Assembly (NCBI GenBank): GCA_024649995.1
Contig: JANKMX010000002.1
Location: forward strand, 9,446 to 73,445
Source of the DNA: Gudongella sp.
GTDB lineage: Bacteria; Bacillota; Clostridia; Tissierellales; Tissierellaceae
Reading direction: 5' to 3'
Length of the DNA: 64,000 bases
The translations under genes and the position numbers were made by a program. Position 1 is the first letter of the stretch; the number at the start of each line of letters is the position of its first letter. The notes under the pieces are model-generated. The model was given only the letters and a program-made list of their open reading frames with translations, had not been told where the DNA came from and made no database searches. Shown in pieces: positions 11,693 through 21,477 of the stretch.

Positions 11693-12971
11693 AAAAATAC
11701 ACAGACTGGAAGGTTTCAGACTGGTTGACTGGAAGGTCATGGAGGACCACTACAGGAATATGGCCAGCAGGGGCATGTTCATAGAACGATTCAAATGGGG
11801 AATCAGCACCTACAGGGAAGGATACCAAGAGGACCTGGAATACTCAATAGCTATCTATCCCCAGCCCAAGGCATTTGAGACCGTTGATGACAGAAAGGCC
11901 AGGGAGTATATAGACAAGCAGGAGGAAAAGGGCTGGGAGTATGTAGCTTCCAAGGACAATATGCATATTTTCAGCAAGAAATCGGGAGACGTTCTCATGC
12001 CTATAGACAGATCAGACCAGATCAGTAATGTGAGAAAAAGCATCAAGCTGGATATTATAAGCATGACACTATTCATACTTATGAATATTTTCAATATGTG
12101 GAGGATGTTTCCAATACACCCATCAATGTTCTATTCAAATACAGGGCTGATAAGCCTGGCTATTCTACCTTTGATATCCCTTTTCATATTCATATCAGTC
12201 ATTGAAAACATACGAATATGGTTAAGCATAAGAGAGGATGATAATCCTGAGGAGTATCCATATCGAAATCCATCGGCAGTTATATTGGCCAGAAGGATCC
12301 AGAATAGTGGAGCTTTTATGGTGCTTGCATTGATTTTTATGGCAATAGCTGTGGATTCCGTAGTGGCTGGGAACATGATACTCCTTACAATACTGCCGGT
12401 CCTTGTGGGATTGTTTGTAGCATTTAAATTGAGGGGGCTCTTTGTTGGAAGGGATATGGGGACCGTCCAGAAGACTCTCGTTGCATTTATTGTTGTATTT
12501 GTAGTGATTGGCTTGATGACTGTCATTAACATGAGATTCATTTCAACCGGATTTGGGGACCGGCTGCCAGAGGGCTATAAGGCCCTAAGACTTGAAAATC
12601 CTGATGAATATTCCTTCAGAAGGGAAGGTAGCATAATCGCGCCGAAAAGATATTCCTATACGGAATGGAGTCGGGGAGGCAGGGTTTCAACAGAGGTAAC
12701 AGGGTATATAAATGATAGTGTGGCAGAATATTTCTTTGACTTGGAGCTTGAGAGCTACACAAGGTATGTTGGGGAATACTGGGATGCCAGTGAGTGGTAC
12801 CCAGAATTTGACAAGGCATACTTTGCGACTTTCAGAGATCAGAATATGGACGATGGTGGAACGATTTTCCTGAAAAGGGATGATTACATAGTAGGCCTGT
12901 CAATGGAGAGGGACCTGAGAGAAGAAGAAATGGTTGTTGAGATATATGACTTTGTGGAGGAACTGTTTTAG
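11682..12971 (+). CDS. DUF2812-like membrane protein
   Basis: The ATG at 11682 follows AAGGAGG. The N-terminal soluble domain (WKVMEDHYRNMASRGMFIERF) resembles DUF2812 and is followed by multiple TM helices. Confidence 0.55.
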   Translation: MSNRKIHRLEGFRLVDWKVMEDHYRNMASRGMFIERFKWGISTYREGYQEDLEYSIAIYPQPKAFETVDDRKAREYIDKQEEKGWEYVASKDNMHIFSKKSGDVLMPIDRSDQISNVRKSIKLDIISMTLFILMNIFNMWRMFPIHPSMFYSNTGLISLAILPLISLFIFISVIENIRIWLSIREDDNPEEYPYRNPSAVILARRIQNSGAFMVLALIFMAIAVDSVVAGNMILLTILPVLVGLFVAFKLRGLFVGRDMGTVQKTLVAFIVVFVVIGLMTVINMRFISTGFGDRLPEGYKALRLENPDEYSFRREGSIIAPKRYSYTEWSRGGRVSTEVTGYINDSVAEYFFDLELESYTRYVGEYWDASEWYPEFDKAYFATFRDQNMDDGGTIFLKRDDYIVGLSMERDLREEEMVVEIYDFVEELF

Positions 12972-13011
12972 GAGAGTATTTGGAGTAGATCCAAAAATTT
13001 GAACAGGGGGA

Positions 13012-14835
13012 ATGGTTATGGCTGAAAAGATGCCAAAGAGAAGTGAAGTTGAAAAAAGTCTTACATGGGACTTAACTGGAATCTTCAGGGACGAAAAGTC
13101 TTTTAAGGAGACCTTTGACAAGTACATCTCATTAGGGGAGGGAATTGAGAGGGACTACAAGGGAAGACTAAAGACCGCCCAGGATATCAATGACTGTCTC
13201 GACCAACTGCGTGAACTGGAAATGCTTGGTGGATGGCTTGAGAACTATTCCTACCTGAATGCAGAGGCTGACCTTACAAACATGAGGGCTCAGGAAAAAC
13301 TTGAGAATATAAGCAACAGGATTTCTGCCATGGAAAGCAGACTTAGCTTTGTGGAGGCTGAAATAATGGAAGCCCCTGAGGAAGAGCTTATGGAAGCTTC
13401 AAAGGAAAGCCCGGAGAACCTGGGTTATTTCAGGTTCATATTCAGGAAGAAGCCATATAGGCTCCACCCTGAAGCTGAAAGGGTCCTTTCCGCCCTGTCC
13501 ACAACCTTTGAGGCTCCATACAGGGTCTACAACATGTCAAAGCTTGCGGACCTTTCCTTTGATGATTTCAAGGCAAAGGGAGGGCTCCACCCTCTTAGTT
13601 TTGCATCCTTTGAGGGAGAGTGGGAGTACGAAAAGGACACAGAGCTTAGGAGGGAGGCATTCAGTGCCTTTTCAAAGGAACTGTCAAAGTACAGGAACAC
13701 CATGGCTACTGCCTACCAGGCCCATGTCACAAGGGAGAAGACCCTGTCTGACCTGAGGGGGTTTGAGTCGGTATTTGACAGCCTACTGGTTGACCAGGAG
13801 GTAAGCCTTGACCTTTACAACAGGCAGATTGATACAATAATGGAGCACCTAGCACCCCATATGAGAAGGTATGCAAAGCTTCTAGGGAGGATTCATGGTA
13901 TTGAGAGGATGACCTTCGCAGATCTTAAGGTGGATGTTGATCCTGACTTTGAACCGGAAATCTCCATGGAGGAGACAAGGAAATATATATTCGAAAGTCT
14001 TGGAATAATGGGCGATGACTATCTGAGGATGCTTCAAAGAGCATTTGATGAAAGATGGATTGATTTTGTAATGAATGAGGGCAAATCAACTGGGGCATTC
14101 TGCTCAACACCCTATGGATCACATCCATTTGTACTACTTTCCTGGACCGACAAGATGAGGGATGTTTTCACACTTGCCCATGAACTTGGACATGCTGGAC
14201 ACTTCCATCTTGCACATAGGAACCAGAGCATTTTCAACTCTGAGCCATCACTCTACTTCATAGAGGCTCCATCCACAATGAACGAAATGCTACTTACAAA
14301 TCATCTTATGAAGACCACTGATGACAAGAGGATGAAGAGATGGGTCCTGTCCTCCATGGTGTCAAAGACCTACTACCACAACTTTGTAACCCATCTACTT
14401 GAAGCTCATTATCAGAGAGAGGTCTACAGGATAATAGACGCAGGGGGAAGTGTAAATGCTGAGGTGCTTGATCGGCTTAAGAGAAATACCCTGGAGGAAT
14501 TCTGGGGAGAAGAGGTTGAAATAACAGCTGGAGCTGAGCTGACCTGGATGAGGCAGCCCCACTACTATATGGGTCTGTATCCCTACACCTACTCGGCAGG
14601 CTTGACTATTTCAACGGAAGCAAGCCAGAGGATACTTAAGGAAGGGGAGACCGCCATTGAGGATTGGAGAAATGTTCTTATGGCTGGAGGTACCAAGAAC
14701 CCTGTGGAGCTGGCAAGGATGGCGGGAGTGGACATAACAACTGAAAAGCCTCTCTTAAATACAATCGCCTATATCGGTAGGATGATTGATGAAATAGAGA
14801 AGTTGACCGATGAGATGGAAAAGGAAAATCAATGA
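13012..14835 (+). CDS. pepF: Oligoendopeptidase F (M3B metallopeptidase)
   Basis: HELGHAGH zinc motif, about 600 aa, typical PepF length and N-terminal region. Confidence 0.9.
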   Translation: MVMAEKMPKRSEVEKSLTWDLTGIFRDEKSFKETFDKYISLGEGIERDYKGRLKTAQDINDCLDQLRELEMLGGWLENYSYLNAEADLTNMRAQEKLENISNRISAMESRLSFVEAEIMEAPEEELMEASKESPENLGYFRFIFRKKPYRLHPEAERVLSALSTTFEAPYRVYNMSKLADLSFDDFKAKGGLHPLSFASFEGEWEYEKDTELRREAFSAFSKELSKYRNTMATAYQAHVTREKTLSDLRGFESVFDSLLVDQEVSLDLYNRQIDTIMEHLAPHMRRYAKLLGRIHGIERMTFADLKVDVDPDFEPEISMEETRKYIFESLGIMGDDYLRMLQRAFDERWIDFVMNEGKSTGAFCSTPYGSHPFVLLSWTDKMRDVFTLAHELGHAGHFHLAHRNQSIFNSEPSLYFIEAPSTMNEMLLTNHLMKTTDDKRMKRWVLSSMVSKTYYHNFVTHLLEAHYQREVYRIIDAGGSVNAEVLDRLKRNTLEEFWGEEVEITAGAELTWMRQPHYYMGLYPYTYSAGLTISTEASQRILKEGETAIEDWRNVLMAGGTKNPVELARMAGVDITTEKPLLNTIAYIGRMIDEIEKLTDEMEKENQ

Positions 14836-14843
14836 TCAAGTAG

Positions 14844-14870
14844 ACCCCTGGCAACAGGGGTTAAACTTTT
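14844..14870 (+). terminator. Rho-independent terminator after pepF
   Basis: ACCCCTG gcaa CAGGGGT followed by a T-rich tail. Confidence 0.65.
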
Positions 14871-14930
14871 GCCTTGATTTAACAGGTTAAAATATATATA
14901 CTGTTGATGAATTCAGAATTGAGGTGTTTT

Positions 14931-16628
14931 ATGGAATATTTAAGCTTGGAAAATCTAATAAACAGGGTTGGACTCATATTGATCCTGGCATTTCTCCTAT
15001 CCAGACTGGGAATGTTCAGGAAGCTTGTTTCCAAGAAAAGGATAAGCCTTCTGGACAAGCTGGTATTGGCTTTGATATTTGGCTCCTTTGGAATCATAGG
15101 TACATACACCGGCATACACATCCAGGGTGCCATAGCAAATTCAAGGGTAATAGGTGTCTTTGTGGGAGGCCTTCTTGGTGGTCCCTTTGTAGGTATCCTG
15201 TCAGGGATTATAGCTGGGGGACACAGGTATCTAATAGATATTGGAGGCTTTACGGCCCTGGCCTGTGCCGTTTCAACCATCTCCGAGGGAGCACTGGCAG
15301 GGATCCTCAAGAAGAGGATGGACCGCTCAACCCATAGGTTTACATTTGCTCTCTTAGCGGGTTTTGTGGCCGAAATCTTGCAGATGGCTATCATTCTACT
15401 TATGGCAAAGCCCTATAAGGATGCCTTTGAGCTGGTGGAAATCATAGGCATACCCATGATACTTGCCAATGGTATTGGAATTGGGGTATTTATTGCAATG
15501 GTTGACAGTGTTCTTCATGGAATGGAGAAGGAGGCTTCCTATCAAGCCCAGTTGGCTCTTAAGATTGCTAACAGGACAATGTATTTCAGAGATGGTTTCA
15601 ATGAAGAGACTGCAAGAAAGACAGCTGAAATAATAAAGGAGATGACAAATGTTGCAGCCGTGGCCTTTACTGACAAGGAAAGGATAATCGCCCATGTGGG
15701 ACAGGGGGAGGATCATCACAAGCCTGGAATTGGGGTTATGACCGAATTGACGAGAAAAGCTCTTAGCATGGACAGCTTCACAATAGCTGAGAGCAAGCAG
15801 GACATAGGCTGTGACCATAAGGGCTGCAAGCTCATGTCCGCAATAATCGTCCCAATAAAGCAGGAGGGCAGGGTTATTGGAGCGCTTAAGCTTTATAAGG
15901 CTGAGGAGCGTTCAATAACAATGGTGGAGACTGAGCTAGCCCTTGGTCTGGCACAATTGTTTTCAACCCAACTTGAGCTTAGTCGGATCGACCAGCAAAG
16001 GGAGCTCCTGGCCAAGTCTGAGCTAAAGGCTTTGCAGGCACAGATCAATCCGCATTTTCTATTCAATGCAATAAATACAATTGTTTCCTATACAAGAACT
16101 CAACCGGACGAGGCAAGAAAGCTCCTTGTGCATCTTGGAGACTTTTTCAGGTCGAATCTTCAGGAGCCCATGGATAAGGTACCACTGGAAAAGGAAATTG
16201 AGCATATAGTATCCTATGTTGAAATTGAGAAGGCAAGGCACGGAGACAAGCTAAGGATAAATTATGACATATCCCCTGGAGCTGAATGTGAAATACCGCC
16301 ACTATTATTGCAGCCCTTGGTTGAAAATGCCATTAAGCATGGGGTCCTACATAGGCTTGATGGTGGCAATGTTACCATCTCAGCAGCTGACAGCGAAAAG
16401 GGAACTGTCATAGAGGTTGTGGATGACGGCGTCGGAATACCTGATGGAATTCTAAGCAGGCTCTTAAGCGATTGTGGACCTCGTGACTGCATAGGACTTA
16501 GGAATGTCCATGACAGACTTATTAACCTTTATGGAAAGGACTACGGCCTTCAGATAACAAGCAGGGAAAATGAAGGTACCAGGGTTAGGATGGTTATCCC
16601 AACTACTAAGGAGGTGTATGCCCGGTGA
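14931..16628 (+). CDS. LytS/BtsS-type sensor histidine kinase (5TM-LYT, GAF, His_kinase, HATPase)
   Basis: N-terminal multi-TM domain, LQAQINPHFLFNAIN H-region and LQPLVENAIKHG. The ATG at 14931 follows GAGGTG. Confidence 0.9.
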   Translation: MEYLSLENLINRVGLILILAFLLSRLGMFRKLVSKKRISLLDKLVLALIFGSFGIIGTYTGIHIQGAIANSRVIGVFVGGLLGGPFVGILSGIIAGGHRYLIDIGGFTALACAVSTISEGALAGILKKRMDRSTHRFTFALLAGFVAEILQMAIILLMAKPYKDAFELVEIIGIPMILANGIGIGVFIAMVDSVLHGMEKEASYQAQLALKIANRTMYFRDGFNEETARKTAEIIKEMTNVAAVAFTDKERIIAHVGQGEDHHKPGIGVMTELTRKALSMDSFTIAESKQDIGCDHKGCKLMSAIIVPIKQEGRVIGALKLYKAEERSITMVETELALGLAQLFSTQLELSRIDQQRELLAKSELKALQAQINPHFLFNAINTIVSYTRTQPDEARKLLVHLGDFFRSNLQEPMDKVPLEKEIEHIVSYVEIEKARHGDKLRINYDISPGAECEIPPLLLQPLVENAIKHGVLHRLDGGNVTISAADSEKGTVIEVVDDGVGIPDGILSRLLSDCGPRDCIGLRNVHDRLINLYGKDYGLQITSRENEGTRVRMVIPTTKEVYAR

Positions 16629-17386
16629 TAAGGTGCATTGTGGTTGATGATGAAAAGCCTGCAAGAGAGGAGTTGGCCTGGATGATATCCCAGAGGGGAG
16701 ATTTTCAGGTTGCTGCTATTGCTGAAAATGGAATAGAGGCCCTTGAGAAGTCATGGCAAACTAATGCCCAGCTGATATTTTTGGATATCAACATGCCTGG
16801 GATAAATGGAGTGCAGGTGGCCCAGGAGCTGTCAAAGAGGGAAAATCCCCCACACATTGTCTTTGTGACCGCCTATGACAAGTATGCAATCAAGGCATTT
16901 GAGGTAAATGCGGTGGATTATCTCCTCAAGCCGGTATCTGAGGAAAGGCTTGAAAAAAGTCTTGAAAAGATCAAAAGGTTGATCGACCAAAGGGAGATGC
17001 TTGAGACCGAGAAAATTGACAGCATCATTAAGGAGATGGGAATGGGAAGACCCTCCAGAATAGTTGGTTACAGCGATGACAGAATGATTCCAATCGAGAC
17101 CAGTGAGATCCTATTCATTTCCATTGAGGAAAAGACCACCTTTGTCACCACATCAAGGGGAAGGTTCTCAATCAATTCGACACTTTCGGAAATCTATGAA
17201 AGACTCAGGGGAGAATCCTTCTTCAGAAGCCACAAGTCATATATCCTGAACCTGGACTTGATTCAGTCAATAGAGCCCTGGTTCAACTCGACCTATAATG
17301 TGAGATATAAGGGTGTCAAGGAGGGAATTCCAGTCAGCAGGACATATGCCAAGGAGTTCAGGGAAAGGATGAACATGGATCTGTAA
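16625..17386 (+). CDS. LytTR-family response regulator
   Basis: Receiver (IVVDDEKPAREEL, FLDINMPGINGV) plus LytTR domain (FFRSHKSYILNLDLIQSIEP). The GTG start overlaps the kinase stop. Confidence 0.9.
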   Translation: MIRCIVVDDEKPAREELAWMISQRGDFQVAAIAENGIEALEKSWQTNAQLIFLDINMPGINGVQVAQELSKRENPPHIVFVTAYDKYAIKAFEVNAVDYLLKPVSEERLEKSLEKIKRLIDQREMLETEKIDSIIKEMGMGRPSRIVGYSDDRMIPIETSEILFISIEEKTTFVTTSRGRFSINSTLSEIYERLRGESFFRSHKSYILNLDLIQSIEPWFNSTYNVRYKGVKEGIPVSRTYAKEFRERMNMDL

Positions 17387-17503
17387 CTTGGAGCCAAATC
17401 CTGCAACTTAGGTCCTTTTTAATGCATAATAGACAAAAGAGAAGCCTTCTGTAGCTGTTTTCATATATATTAAGATATGAAAATACATACAGGAGGTTTT
17501 ACA

Positions 17504-18922
17504 ATGACATACTTTATTATTGGTATTATTATTTTGGTGTTTGGTTACATAACCTACGGCAAGGTCGTAGACAATCATTTCGGAGCTGATGACTCCATTG
17601 AGACACCGGCGACAAGACTTCAGGATGGCATAGACTTTATGCCCATGAGCTGGAAAAGGATTTTTCTGATTCAGTTTCTAAACATTGCAGGACTTGGACC
17701 AATCTTTGGAGCTATCCAGGGAGCCCTTTTCGGACCAGTTGCATTTATTTGGATAGCACTGGGAAGCATTTTTGCAGGGGGAGTTCATGACTACTTCTCA
17801 GGTATGCTTTCAGTGAGACACGAAGGAAAGAGTATTTCCGAGATTGTAGGAATGTACCTTGGAAACGGGGCAAGACAGGTCATGAGGATATTCTCAGTTG
17901 TGCTGTTGGTTCTTGTAGGGACAGTATTCATGACAGGACCTGCAGGACTTCTGGCTAACCTGAATCTGTTTGGTCTGAACAGTCTTCAGGTATGGGTTAT
18001 GATCGTACTTGCATACTATTTCCTTGCAACAATCCTACCGGTTGACAAGATAATCGGAAAGCTTTACCCAATATTTGGAGCGTCACTTCTTATAATGGCG
18101 GCGGGTATCGGTACCAAGCTTGTAATTGACGGCTACCAGCTACCAGCATTCACACTTTCAAACCTACACCCTGGTGAACTTCCAATCTGGGCAATACTGT
18201 TCACAACAATTGCCTGCGGAGCCATATCAGGCTTCCATGCAACCCAGTCTCCCATGATGGCCAGATGCATGACCAAGGAAAGCTACGGAAGAAGGGTTTT
18301 CTACGGATCAATGATCGCTGAGGGAGTAATCGCTATGATCTGGGCAGCTGCAGGAATGGCATTCTTCAACGGAGTTGGAGGCCTTTCAGAGGTATTGGCA
18401 ACCGGAGGAGGACCTGCTGGAGTTGTCTATACAATTTCAACTTCCCTGCTTGGACCTGTGGGTGGAGTACTTGCAATGCTTGGTGTAATAGCCTGCCCCA
18501 TAACCTCAGGTGATACAGCATTCAGAAGCGCAAGACTAACAATTGCGGATGCCATGAACTTTGACCAGGCTCCTATAAAGAAGAGACTTCTTCTTTCACT
18601 GCCATTGTTTGTAGTTGGATTTGCATTAACAAAGATTGATTTCAACATAATCTGGAGATACTTTGCATGGTCAAACCAGACCCTTGCCATGATAGTTCTT
18701 TGGGCGGCTTCAGCCTATCTTGTGAAGATGGCCAAGAGTCACTGGATGACAAGTATTCCAGCAACCTTTATGACTGCTGTAAGCATAACCTATATACTTC
18801 AGGCACCAGAGGGCTTCAGTCTTCCAACTACCATTGCATATCCAGCAGGGGCAATCGCTGCGATCGCTGCAATAGGCTACTTCCTTTACAAGACAAGACT
18901 TGAGGCAGTGCCTGTAAAATAA
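17504..18922 (+). CDS. cstA: CstA-family (carbon starvation / pyruvate-peptide) transporter
   Basis: CstA-type N-terminus (...FLIQFLNIAGLGPIFGAIQGALFGP...) and many TM helices. The ATG at 17504 follows AGGAGG. Confidence 0.85.
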   Translation: MTYFIIGIIILVFGYITYGKVVDNHFGADDSIETPATRLQDGIDFMPMSWKRIFLIQFLNIAGLGPIFGAIQGALFGPVAFIWIALGSIFAGGVHDYFSGMLSVRHEGKSISEIVGMYLGNGARQVMRIFSVVLLVLVGTVFMTGPAGLLANLNLFGLNSLQVWVMIVLAYYFLATILPVDKIIGKLYPIFGASLLIMAAGIGTKLVIDGYQLPAFTLSNLHPGELPIWAILFTTIACGAISGFHATQSPMMARCMTKESYGRRVFYGSMIAEGVIAMIWAAAGMAFFNGVGGLSEVLATGGGPAGVVYTISTSLLGPVGGVLAMLGVIACPITSGDTAFRSARLTIADAMNFDQAPIKKRLLLSLPLFVVGFALTKIDFNIIWRYFAWSNQTLAMIVLWAASAYLVKMAKSHWMTSIPATFMTAVSITYILQAPEGFSLPTTIAYPAGAIAAIAAIGYFLYKTRLEAVPVK

Positions 18923-18940
18923 GATTCACAAGTAGTTATT

Positions 18941-18980
18941 ATTCCCCTTGGATATTCAACTGATCCAGGGGAATTTTTTT
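18941..18980 (+). terminator. Rho-independent terminator after cstA
   Basis: ATTCCCCT(T)GGAT...ATCCAGGGGAAT followed by TTTTTTT. Confidence 0.8.
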
Positions 18981-19047
18981 GATGTAATGCTCTTGTAACA
19001 ATATAATTGGAATTTGATAGTATAATGGTAATAGGGAGTTGATTGAA

Positions 19048-19836
19048 ATGAGAAAATTGCTTGTAGCCATAATACTTGCCAGCACGCTGTTTATTTCAGC
19101 ATGCTCTGAAAATGTTGAAAAGACAACTGAAAATGTTGATGTAGAGGGGTTAAAGGATAAGGCGACAGAGATCGTCAAGGATCGTCTTGGGGAGACAGAG
19201 CAGGTTCAGATACTCAAGGAATACTACACCTACATCGAGCAGAGAATGGATGAGGACAAGATCATCAATTTCCTGAAGGAAAATGTTGATAGCCTTGATG
19301 AGTTCCGGGTTGACGAGATGCTTCTTCAGCTGGAAAACCACCTTTATGCCCAGGGCTATGACACTAAGGGAGTGCTTCAGAAGCTTGCGCCCCATGTCCA
19401 GAATGCATCGGATGAGTTCAAGTCATACTTTAGGATATGGAACACAGAGGTTGAAAATGAGACTACGGATGGAGAGAGATTGAATATCTCAGCCGAGGAA
19501 ATCCTTGGGAGGGCTCTTCAGATTGAGAATCATATAGAAAACTATCCGGAAGGAAAAACAAGAACCAGACTGGAAGGCCTATATGACACTTATATGAGCC
19601 TTGCAATACAGGGTCTGGGAAATCAGTATATTTACGCCCAGGAAGGTAAAAGTGAGATCAGAGAAGATGTACTCCAGCTCTATGAAGATACAATTAGGGA
19701 AAATCCGGATTCAAGAACAGCAAATATCCTGCAGGAGTATCTGGATGAAATAGGGAAGGATGGAATGAAGCTTGATGGGGAGAATGCCCTTTACTTCTAC
19801 GACAACTTTGAGAGGATTATCGAAAACGTGAAATAG
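19048..19836 (+). CDS. Hypothetical lipoprotein
   Basis: Signal peptide with lipobox LFISAC, followed by an acidic helical protein. No family recognised. Confidence 0.6.
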   Translation: MRKLLVAIILASTLFISACSENVEKTTENVDVEGLKDKATEIVKDRLGETEQVQILKEYYTYIEQRMDEDKIINFLKENVDSLDEFRVDEMLLQLENHLYAQGYDTKGVLQKLAPHVQNASDEFKSYFRIWNTEVENETTDGERLNISAEEILGRALQIENHIENYPEGKTRTRLEGLYDTYMSLAIQGLGNQYIYAQEGKSEIREDVLQLYEDTIRENPDSRTANILQEYLDEIGKDGMKLDGENALYFYDNFERIIENVK

Positions 19837-19855
19837 GATGGTCGCCTGACCATCC
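19836..19855. terminator. Short bidirectional hairpin between convergent genes
   Basis: GGATGGTC gcct GACCATCC, overlapping both stop codons. Confidence 0.5.
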
Positions 19856-20193
19856 TAAAATTTTCTTCTGACCTTAATTCTCAAATTGTTGCCCACATAC
19901 CCCACTTCGCCATCATTCACAAGGGCTCCCAAGAGATGTAGCTCCGAAAAATCATTGCTTCCTATGAGATTCCAGTAATACTCCTCTGCTTCATCCTTTC
20001 GAGGTGAATTGATGATGCTGTCCAGTTCATGAATTTGCTTATCTGATATCCTTGTACAGCACCCCTCCAATATGATAACTCCTTCATGCTCATCAAGGTC
20101 CATTTGGATATTGATATGATGGTTGCCTGCCTTTAAGAAAAATCTTACCAATTCATTCATGATTTTCAATAGTTTGGATTTTTCATCCTTCAT
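19855..20193 (-). CDS. Hypothetical cytoplasmic protein (112 aa)
   Basis: Translationally coupled (4-nt overlap) to the upstream membrane-protein gene. No family recognised. Confidence 0.5.
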   Translation of the reverse strand: MKDEKSKLLKIMNELVRFFLKAGNHHINIQMDLDEHEGVIILEGCCTRISDKQIHELDSIINSPRKDEAEEYYWNLIGSNDFSELHLLGALVNDGEVGYVGNNLRIKVRRKF

Positions 20194-21458
20194 AGATCCG
20201 TCTCCTTTTTGTAAGATTCAAATACTGGAACCAGAAAAGCTGCTATAAACCCTCCTGAAAAACCGTTGTTGTAAAGATTCATGCCTCCGTGAAGATGACC
20301 GAGATTGGATACCAGGGAAAGGTGGAGGAACCCTGCCAGTATTCCTGCAAGATAACCATAATGACCAGCTATTGGAGCCAAGGTTGTTGCAAAAAGAACA
20401 GTTAGCATCAATCCTGTGGAAGAAAGTGAAATACCTGCAAATAGTGCTGAAACAATGACGCCGAGCATTACAGGCATTGCATTTAAAGGATGCTTTCCAA
20501 ATGCCCCGAACCCAACCAGTGTAAAAATTCCACCAATTATCGGACCATTTAAGGGTGCTTTAAGAATGGATACAAGGATAACCCCCAAAAGTCCAAGTAT
20601 TCCCATATTTAGAAGAGACACGGAAAACCCATGTAGAGTTACAAAATCAGTGACCAGTCTTCCAGGGCTCCTCATAAGAATCAGGTATTCCTTCCATCTT
20701 TTTTTTGAAAAAACAAGTCCAATTAATATCATTGACAGGAAGTAGAGTAAAAGAAGAATCAACAAATATGTATTGGTTTTGAATACAAGTATCTGTTCAA
20801 GGGAGTGGTCATACCCACTAAGTCTAAAGACAGACATGAAAATCATGCCTATGACACCTGCTGTAAAACCAATGTTATATAGATTGAAGCCTTGATGAAA
20901 TCTAACAAAGCTACTGGCCAATGGCGGAAGGATAAGTCCGATCAATATGCCAATGCCTACTCCAAGGAGCATCCCTGGGACCCTATTAAATCCCATGCCA
21001 AAGCTTACCTGGCTTACTACAGGAGAGAGAGCGGTCCCAAAATAGGCAATGATAATGTACCTTGTAAAATGGTCCTTTTGGATTTGACTAAAAATGTATA
21101 CACCTAATAAGATCCCTAGTATGTTGAAAATGTTTTTCCCGAAAAAAGCAAATCCTCCCACAGTGAAGATAGCTGCTATGAGAGGGCCGTTCATGAGGGT
21201 ATCATTTCTACCTGCTACAAATATAGTAAACAGCATTAAAAGTCCGCTGTTAAGAAGGCTTGCACCTATCCCCCCAATGGCAAGATAATCAGTCAAAAGA
21301 AGTGTCGGAGACATCACTATATTAACAATTCCATTGATAATGCCATCAAAGGAGTCGAAAAGAAATGATGCGAGGATAAATGCAATAGAGTACATATACA
21401 TTATTCTATATTTTATCTTTTCACTGAACTCCATGGACTTAAGTATCGCTTTTTCCAT
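20190..21458 (-). CDS. Polytopic membrane protein with internal duplication (DUF1576-like)
   Basis: The two halves share LMNGPLIAAIFTVGGFAFFGKN and PLNGPIIGGIFTLVGFGAFGKH. The two-repeat architecture matches my recollection of DUF1576. Confidence 0.6.
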   Translation of the reverse strand: MEKAILKSMEFSEKIKYRIMYMYSIAFILASFLFDSFDGIINGIVNIVMSPTLLLTDYLAIGGIGASLLNSGLLMLFTIFVAGRNDTLMNGPLIAAIFTVGGFAFFGKNIFNILGILLGVYIFSQIQKDHFTRYIIIAYFGTALSPVVSQVSFGMGFNRVPGMLLGVGIGILIGLILPPLASSFVRFHQGFNLYNIGFTAGVIGMIFMSVFRLSGYDHSLEQILVFKTNTYLLILLLLYFLSMILIGLVFSKKRWKEYLILMRSPGRLVTDFVTLHGFSVSLLNMGILGLLGVILVSILKAPLNGPIIGGIFTLVGFGAFGKHPLNAMPVMLGVIVSALFAGISLSSTGLMLTVLFATTLAPIAGHYGYLAGILAGFLHLSLVSNLGHLHGGMNLYNNGFSGGFIAAFLVPVFESYKKETDL

Positions 21459-21477
21459 CCCATCACCTAATTTCAGT

